Part shown: positions 58,883-64,000 of the stretch, piece after piece
Numbering within the stretch: the stretch's first letter is position 1
How the letters are laid out: every line of letters starts with the position of its first letter
Assembly: GCA_046290465.1 (NCBI GenBank)
Contig: JBKAGP010000001.1
Span: 3,488,001-3,552,000 of the forward strand
DNA length: 64,000 nucleotides
Source: Planctomycetota bacterium
Lineage (GTDB): Bacteria; Planctomycetota; UBA1135; UBA2386
Direction of reading: 5' to 3'
Notes under the pieces: generated by a model
The model's input: only the letters and a program-made list of their open reading frames with translations
Told to the model about the DNA's origin: nothing
The model's database searches: none
Translations under genes and position numbers: made by a program

Positions 58883-59584
58883 GTGAGCGACGACCTCTGG
58901 TATCCGATCACCCGGCCGACCAGCCGCGGTGGTGCGTTCCGCAGCGCGCTCGGCCTCACCTGGCCCGACCTCGCCGACGCTCCGCGTTGGCTCGACGGCA
59001 TGGGCGAAGCGGGCGTGCTCGACGAGCACGAGGTCCGGCAGTTCGGCTCCTGGATCGACGACGGCTTCCTGCAGCTGCCCGGCGCCATCCCGACCGCCGA
59101 CGTCGACGCGCAGCACATGCACCAGGACACGGCCTACGTACCGGTCAACTCCCCGATGGAGATGGTCGGCGTATGGATCGCACTGGAAGACGTGCAGCCC
59201 GGCACCGGCGAACTGCAGTACTTTGTCGGCAGCCACCGCATTCCCGAGTATCGCTTCGACGGCAGGTGGCGCAGAAAGCGCTCGGACGACCCGGACGACG
59301 AGCCGTTCCTGCGTCACGTCTACGAGCAGTCGGTCGCCGCAGGCTGCGAGTTGGTGCGGTTCCTGCCGAAGAAGGGCGATGTGCTGGTCTGGCACGCCGA
59401 CCTCGTGCACGGCGGCGCGCAGGACGGTCGCGAGGGCGCGACCCGCAAGAGCTTCGTCACCCACTTCTGTCCGAGCGACGTGATGCCCGGCTGGATGCGC
59501 GACGGAGTCCCCCATTCGGAGATCCGACGACACGAATCGCTGGGCGCATACACCTGCTACCTCGACTACGCCCAGCAGGTCTGA
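58883..59584 (+). CDS. Phytanoyl-CoA dioxygenase (PhyH) family protein, apparently with an internal deletion
   Basis: HQD, WIALED, GSH, KGDVLVWH..LVHGG, RKS. Confidence 0.75.
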   Translation: MSDDLWYPITRPTSRGGAFRSALGLTWPDLADAPRWLDGMGEAGVLDEHEVRQFGSWIDDGFLQLPGAIPTADVDAQHMHQDTAYVPVNSPMEMVGVWIALEDVQPGTGELQYFVGSHRIPEYRFDGRWRRKRSDDPDDEPFLRHVYEQSVAAGCELVRFLPKKGDVLVWHADLVHGGAQDGREGATRKSFVTHFCPSDVMPGWMRDGVPHSEIRRHESLGAYTCYLDYAQQV

Positions 59585-59938
59585 CCGGCGCCATTCGCAC
59601 GAATTTCGGCGGTTTTCGCACGCCATGCGCGAGCTGGGGTCGTCCCCGACCGCCCGGTGCAACCGGTTTCGGACAAGGCTCGTAGCGACACAGGCATTGC
59701 CACGGGTCGCGCTCGCGGCGCAAGGACCCGGGGGGAAACCTCCATTATCAACGCCCATAGCGCGCGACGAAGTGCCACCTAACAGCCCAGAGGCGGCGCT
59801 CGCGCGATCACGGCGCGAGGTGCCACTGCCGAAACGGTAGCGGATGTAGGTGAGCGCACGGAAACGCTCACGCCGGAGGCGCAGACGCGTTCACGCGTTC
59901 GCGCGCGGCGCCGCCTGATTGGGTCGGGGAGGATCCAC

Positions 59939-61819
59939 ATGCACGGAATCCGACGTTGCGCGAAGCCGTTCGCGTCTCGGCCGAAGCCATTCGGTCCAGA
60001 CACGGACGCCGTCGCCTTCTCCCGCAGCACGCTGGCGCGGTTCTGCCGCGCCGGCCTCGGCTGCGCCTTCGTGTCCGCGGCCGCAGCTCAGGCGCCGCAG
60101 CCGTTCTTGCCGCCAAAGGCAGAACCGCACTTCTCGCTGTCCGCGCAGATCGCGGCGCTCGACCTCAACCGCGACGGCAGCGCCGACGTGCTGTCGCCAG
60201 GGTTGTTCTTCGGCAGCGTGCTCGCGACGCTCGACGAGCACGGCAACACGCTGGCCAAGTCCAACCTCAACGTCGGCATCGCGACCAACCTGCGCTCGCC
60301 GATCGTGCCGACGCCGGTGACGATGGCCAGCGGCGACCTCGACCACGACGGTCGCCGCGACCTCGTGTTCACGCTCGCCGACGGCACGCTGCACCTGCAG
60401 CGCAACCTCGGCGCGACGCGCATCGACCAGCCGAACTTCGCGCCGGCCCAGGCGATCGACTACCTCGGCAGCATGCTGCCGACCAACCCGCCGTTCGCGA
60501 TCGCGACGTTCGCAGCGCTGAAGGTGCTCGACCTCAACGGCGACGGCCTCAACGACATCGTGCTCGGCTGCGGCCTGCACGACACGTGGAGCGCGTTCGC
60601 CGGTCAGGGCGTCGTCGCCGTCTACCTCGCCAACGGCAATGGCGGCTTCCAACCGATCCGCTACCAGACCACCGGCAGCATCTCCGACATCGAGTGGGCC
60701 GACATCGACGGGGATGGCCAGCCCGACCACCTGGTGGTGCTGCAGGAATCCGGCGCCGCCGGCGCCTACCTGCACGAGATGCTGCACCTCAGCCTGCAGA
60801 ACGGCACGCTGGTGTCGAGCAAGCCGCCGCTGCTGCTCGGCCCCGGCCGTCCGGTCGCGCTCGAGGTCGGCGACGTCGACCTCGACGGCCTGCCCGACTA
60901 CGTGGTCGCGATGCTGCACTCGGGCGGCGGTGCGGTCGACTCGAGCGTGGTCTGCTTTGCCGGCGACGGCAACGGCACGCCGAACGTCGGCACGTTCCAG
61001 ACGCTGCCGCTGCCGGCGATGACGACGCTCGGCTCGTACATCCCATCGGTGCAGGTCGAGGACTTCAACCGCGACGGCGTGCTCGACGTCGCCTGCGTGC
61101 GAGGCCACATCACCACCTACCCGACGCTCACCCAGCTGGCGCACACGGGCGCTGCCGAGGTCTACGTCTGCATGGGGCCGACGCCGTTCAACGCCACGGC
61201 GGAGTCGCTCGCGCTCGACGGCGCCTGCTACTTCGGCCACTGCCTCAAGTGGTCGTGCAACGTGCTGCCGCTGCGGACGGAACCCGACCAGCTGCGCGTG
61301 CTCGACCTCGGCAGCGACGGCAACCCGGACTTGATGATGTCGGCGATCCGGCCCGTGGCGCAGCCGACCACGATCGAACGCATCACGCTGTGCAACGGCA
61401 CGCCGCCGCAGTTCGGGGACTGCGCGTTCGTCAAGGTCGGCGACCCGTCCGGCGGGGACCCACAGCTCCCCGCGCGGATCGGCTTCGACGGCGGCGAGCC
61501 GCGCCTCGGCAACGGGTCGTTCGCGTGCACCATCCAGAACCTGCACGCCAACTGCCTGTGCGGGCTGATGTGGGGACCGTACGGGATGGCCAACATCGCC
61601 AACGTCTACGGCTTCGACCTGCACATCGGGCCGCAGGAGTTCGGCTACGCGACGATCAGCAGCGGACCGCCGAACCGCGCCTTCGCCAGCTACGCGCTGC
61701 CGATCCCCAACGATCCGTCGCTGATCGGCGACGCCGGCTACTTCCAGTTCAACTACTACGACCCGGCGGTCGGCGCCTTCGGTGCGACCCAGGCGACCGG
61801 CGTCTGGATCGGGAGCTGA
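59939..61819 (+). CDS. Secreted FG-GAP/VCBS repeat protein with shared C-terminal domain
   Basis: GGAGG Shine-Dalgarno upstream; DLNRDGSAD, DLDHDGRRD, DLNGDGLND, DIDGDGQPD, DVDLDGLPD, DFNRDGVLD. Confidence 0.85.
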   Translation: MHGIRRCAKPFASRPKPFGPDTDAVAFSRSTLARFCRAGLGCAFVSAAAAQAPQPFLPPKAEPHFSLSAQIAALDLNRDGSADVLSPGLFFGSVLATLDEHGNTLAKSNLNVGIATNLRSPIVPTPVTMASGDLDHDGRRDLVFTLADGTLHLQRNLGATRIDQPNFAPAQAIDYLGSMLPTNPPFAIATFAALKVLDLNGDGLNDIVLGCGLHDTWSAFAGQGVVAVYLANGNGGFQPIRYQTTGSISDIEWADIDGDGQPDHLVVLQESGAAGAYLHEMLHLSLQNGTLVSSKPPLLLGPGRPVALEVGDVDLDGLPDYVVAMLHSGGGAVDSSVVCFAGDGNGTPNVGTFQTLPLPAMTTLGSYIPSVQVEDFNRDGVLDVACVRGHITTYPTLTQLAHTGAAEVYVCMGPTPFNATAESLALDGACYFGHCLKWSCNVLPLRTEPDQLRVLDLGSDGNPDLMMSAIRPVAQPTTIERITLCNGTPPQFGDCAFVKVGDPSGGDPQLPARIGFDGGEPRLGNGSFACTIQNLHANCLCGLMWGPYGMANIANVYGFDLHIGPQEFGYATISSGPPNRAFASYALPIPNDPSLIGDAGYFQFNYYDPAVGAFGATQATGVWIGS

Positions 61820-61839
61820 GCTTCGCGATAGTCGGGCGC

Positions 61840-62187
61840 ATGCTCGTCTACAAGATCCTCCGCGACCAGGAGTGGCTGGCGCTGCAGCGCGACGGCGTGA
61901 CCGCCGGCGCGCCGATCGACCGGACCGATGGCTACGTGCACCTGTCGACCGGGGCCCAGGTCGTCGAGACCGCCGCGAAGCACTTCGCCGGCGTCGACGG
62001 CCTGCGGCTGCTGGCGCTCGAGGCCGACGCCCTCGGCGACGCGCTGCGCTGGGAGCCTTCCCGCGGCGGTGCGCTGTTCCCGCACCTCTACCGCGAACTG
62101 CGTCTCGGCGACGTGCGATGGGAGCAGCCGCTGCCGCTCGACGGCGAGCGGCACGCGTTCCCGGAGCTGGAACCCGACCAGCGTTAG
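61840..62187 (+). CDS. DUF952 domain protein
   Basis: YKI....W, GAPID..DGYVHLST..QV.ET..KHF, WE.SRGG.LFPHLY. Confidence 0.9.
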   Translation: MLVYKILRDQEWLALQRDGVTAGAPIDRTDGYVHLSTGAQVVETAAKHFAGVDGLRLLALEADALGDALRWEPSRGGALFPHLYRELRLGDVRWEQPLPLDGERHAFPELEPDQR

Positions 62188-62199
62188 CGCCGCACGCGG

Positions 62200-62329
62200 A
62201 CGCGGCACTCAGCGCCGCTCGACCAACGCGTCGCTTGCGACGCGAGTGGAGCGGCGTTCAGCGCCGCGGAACCAACGCGTCGCTTGCGACGCGAGTCAAC
62301 GCGGCGCTCAGCGCCGCTCGACCAACGCG
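62200..62329. repeat. Tandem ~50-bp repeat (2.5 copies) containing the 3' end of the downstream gene
   Basis: TCAGCGCCGC..ACCAACGCG at 62209, 62258 and 62308; hairpin CGCGTCGC-TT-GCGACGCG in the first two copies. Confidence 0.85.
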
Positions 62330-64000
62330 GCGCGTTCGTTCCGCAGGTCGAGCAGCATCACGAAGTCGCGGTCGAGCAGTTCGATGCCGAGGAAGACCGG
62401 CGCGGTCGTCGGCACCGAGTCGAGCGAACGCACCGTCGGCCACAGCACGGAGACGTCCTCGAGCGGCTGGCCGGCGAGCGTGGCGTTGCGGATCTTGCCG
62501 CCGAGCATGCCGTGTCGGGCGGTGATCGATCCGGCGACGTGGAGGCTGTCGCGATCGATCCGGTAGCCGCGGAAGACCGCGCCACCTCCGAACAGGAACT
62601 TGCCTCGCATAGGGCCGAAGACCAGCGGACATGCGACGACGGTCTTGCGGTCGAGCTGCAGCGGCACGGTGGGGCAACGCGCCAGGTAGCCGACCTCGAC
62701 GAACTCGCCCGGATGATCGTCGAACGAACCGGGAGGCGTCAGCCGCAGGACCTGCGCGCGATGGTCGAGCTCGACGCAGGCGCGCGCGGCGATCGCGATC
62801 CCGATCGTGCCGTTGGTGGTGACCAGGTCCGCCGCGGCGCCGTTGCGGTCGGCGTCGCCAGCCTCGGCGGGCGGATCCGGCATCACGCGCACGACGTGGT
62901 CCCGCATCGTCATCGGCCCGACCCGCAATCGCTTGACCGTCGCCCACATCTCGTCGTCCTTGACGCCGACGCCCATCTCGCGCAGCGCGCTGCGGGTGAT
63001 GGCGGTCTCCGTCGCCCACAGCGAGAACTGCAGCCAGACCTGTTTGCCGCCGGCCTGCACCTGGACGACGCCGCCGTGATCGCTGCGGAACCCGGCCTCG
63101 GGCTCACCCCTGAACACGGTGTCGTCCTTGGCCACCGGACGCGCCGGGCGGCCCTCGCGCATCGTCGCCGTCTTCCACGACCGGACGCGGTAGGCCTCCG
63201 AACCTTCGGGGCCGGGATGGCGCACGACGTAGGGCAGCATGCGGCCGCGCACGGCGCGGTAGTCCCCGAGTCGATACGGCGTCACGAAGCCCTGTGCGTG
63301 CCCGTTCATCGAGAACGCCGAAGGCAGACCGGTGTCCGGGTCCAGCCAGACGCGCATGCACGTGTCGGACGTCACGAACGTCATCAACACCTCCGGCGGC
63401 GTGCCCGGCAGCGCATCGGCCGGCAGCGACAGCTGGATGCCCGCCGGCGACTCGGTCCACTGGCCCGACCAGATCGCGTTGAACGCGATCAACAGGTCGC
63501 GCTCTGCGATGCCGAGCGTGCGCGGCAGCCGACCCTCGTTGCGCGACCAGGCCTCGGCACCGGTCCAGACGTTCTCCTCGTAGGCGATCGCGTCGATGCG
63601 GTTGTGGATGTAGCCCTGCTTGCCGCAGACGAACGCAAACGTGCCGTCGACGTCCCGGTAGCGGCTCGCCCCCTGTGCCCGCAGCGCCGCGGCGCGCGCC
63701 GGCCACGGCCCGATCGCCTTGCGCGAGCGTGCCAGCAGCGCCTCGAGTCGCTGCTCGCGGCGATCGGAACGAAACCGGAAGACGCCCTCCGAACGCAGTC
63801 CGGACGGCGACCGCGAGGTCGAGAACCGGCACCCGGCGAACATCCGCAGGGCCTCGCCGACCGCACAGGAAGCGAGGTTGATGTAGGCTCCGTCCATGAC
63901 CGTGGCGCGCTCGGACGACCCGGCCAGCAGGCTGCCGATGCCGGCCCCGATCGAGCGCACCACCGCCGCGAGCCGCACCCCGTTGGTGGCGCCGGCCGCG
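62308..64000 (-). CDS. Protein with degenerate retropepsin-like domains; 5' end may lie outside the window
   Basis: Frame is open to the window edge; NGTIGIAI...VELDH, VFLGIELL..FVMLLD patterns; no DTG motif. Confidence 0.55.
   Translation of the reverse strand, partial: AAGATNGVRLAAVVRSIGAGIGSLLAGSSERATVMDGAYINLASCAVGEALRMFAGCRFSTSRSPSGLRSEGVFRFRSDRREQRLEALLARSRKAIGPWPARAAALRAQGASRYRDVDGTFAFVCGKQGYIHNRIDAIAYEENVWTGAEAWSRNEGRLPRTLGIAERDLLIAFNAIWSGQWTESPAGIQLSLPADALPGTPPEVLMTFVTSDTCMRVWLDPDTGLPSAFSMNGHAQGFVTPYRLGDYRAVRGRMLPYVVRHPGPEGSEAYRVRSWKTATMREGRPARPVAKDDTVFRGEPEAGFRSDHGGVVQVQAGGKQVWLQFSLWATETAITRSALREMGVGVKDDEMWATVKRLRVGPMTMRDHVVRVMPDPPAEAGDADRNGAAADLVTTNGTIGIAIAARACVELDHRAQVLRLTPPGSFDDHPGEFVEVGYLARCPTVPLQLDRKTVVACPLVFGPMRGKFLFGGGAVFRGYRIDRDSLHVAGSITARHGMLGGKIRNATLAGQPLEDVSVLWPTVRSLDSVPTTAPVFLGIELLDRDFVMLLDLRNERAALVERR

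Noticed and set aside
63800..64000. YbjQ-like N-terminal segment in the last ORF
   Set aside because: Resemblance is too weak and the region is truncated by the window edge

Overview
High-GC bacterial chromosome segment. Gene content (many secreted and lipoprotein genes, carboxypeptidase-regulatory-like proteins, a Ser/Thr kinase, choice-of-anchor B and FG-GAP proteins) suggests an uncultured Planctomycetota; this is an inference. About 45 CDS are supportable; I see no rRNA, tRNA, CRISPR array or transposase. Recognisable genes include gpmI, a cyclodeaminase/cyclohydrolase, a TIGR00300 protein, a MoxR-DUF58-transglutaminase operon, a BlaI/M56 pair, TetR plus hydrolase, cysteine dioxygenase, M28 peptidase, retropepsin-like proteases, TIGR01777, a metallophosphoesterase, DUF5916, PhyH and DUF952. 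The most striking signal is that seven secreted proteins with mostly unrelated N-terminal domains end in a similar ~110-130 aa C-terminal domain, in the position where choice-of-anchor B proteins normally carry a sorting signal. This is a candidate surface-sorting or anchoring system, and it co-occurs with a pervasive Gln at +1 after signal peptides. Further signals are REP-like palindromes and repeats anchored on stop codons, apparently widespread leaderless promoters, and several catalytically degenerate enzymes (HEPN-like, histidine-kinase-like, retropepsin-like). All family calls come from motif recognition by eye, not database searches.
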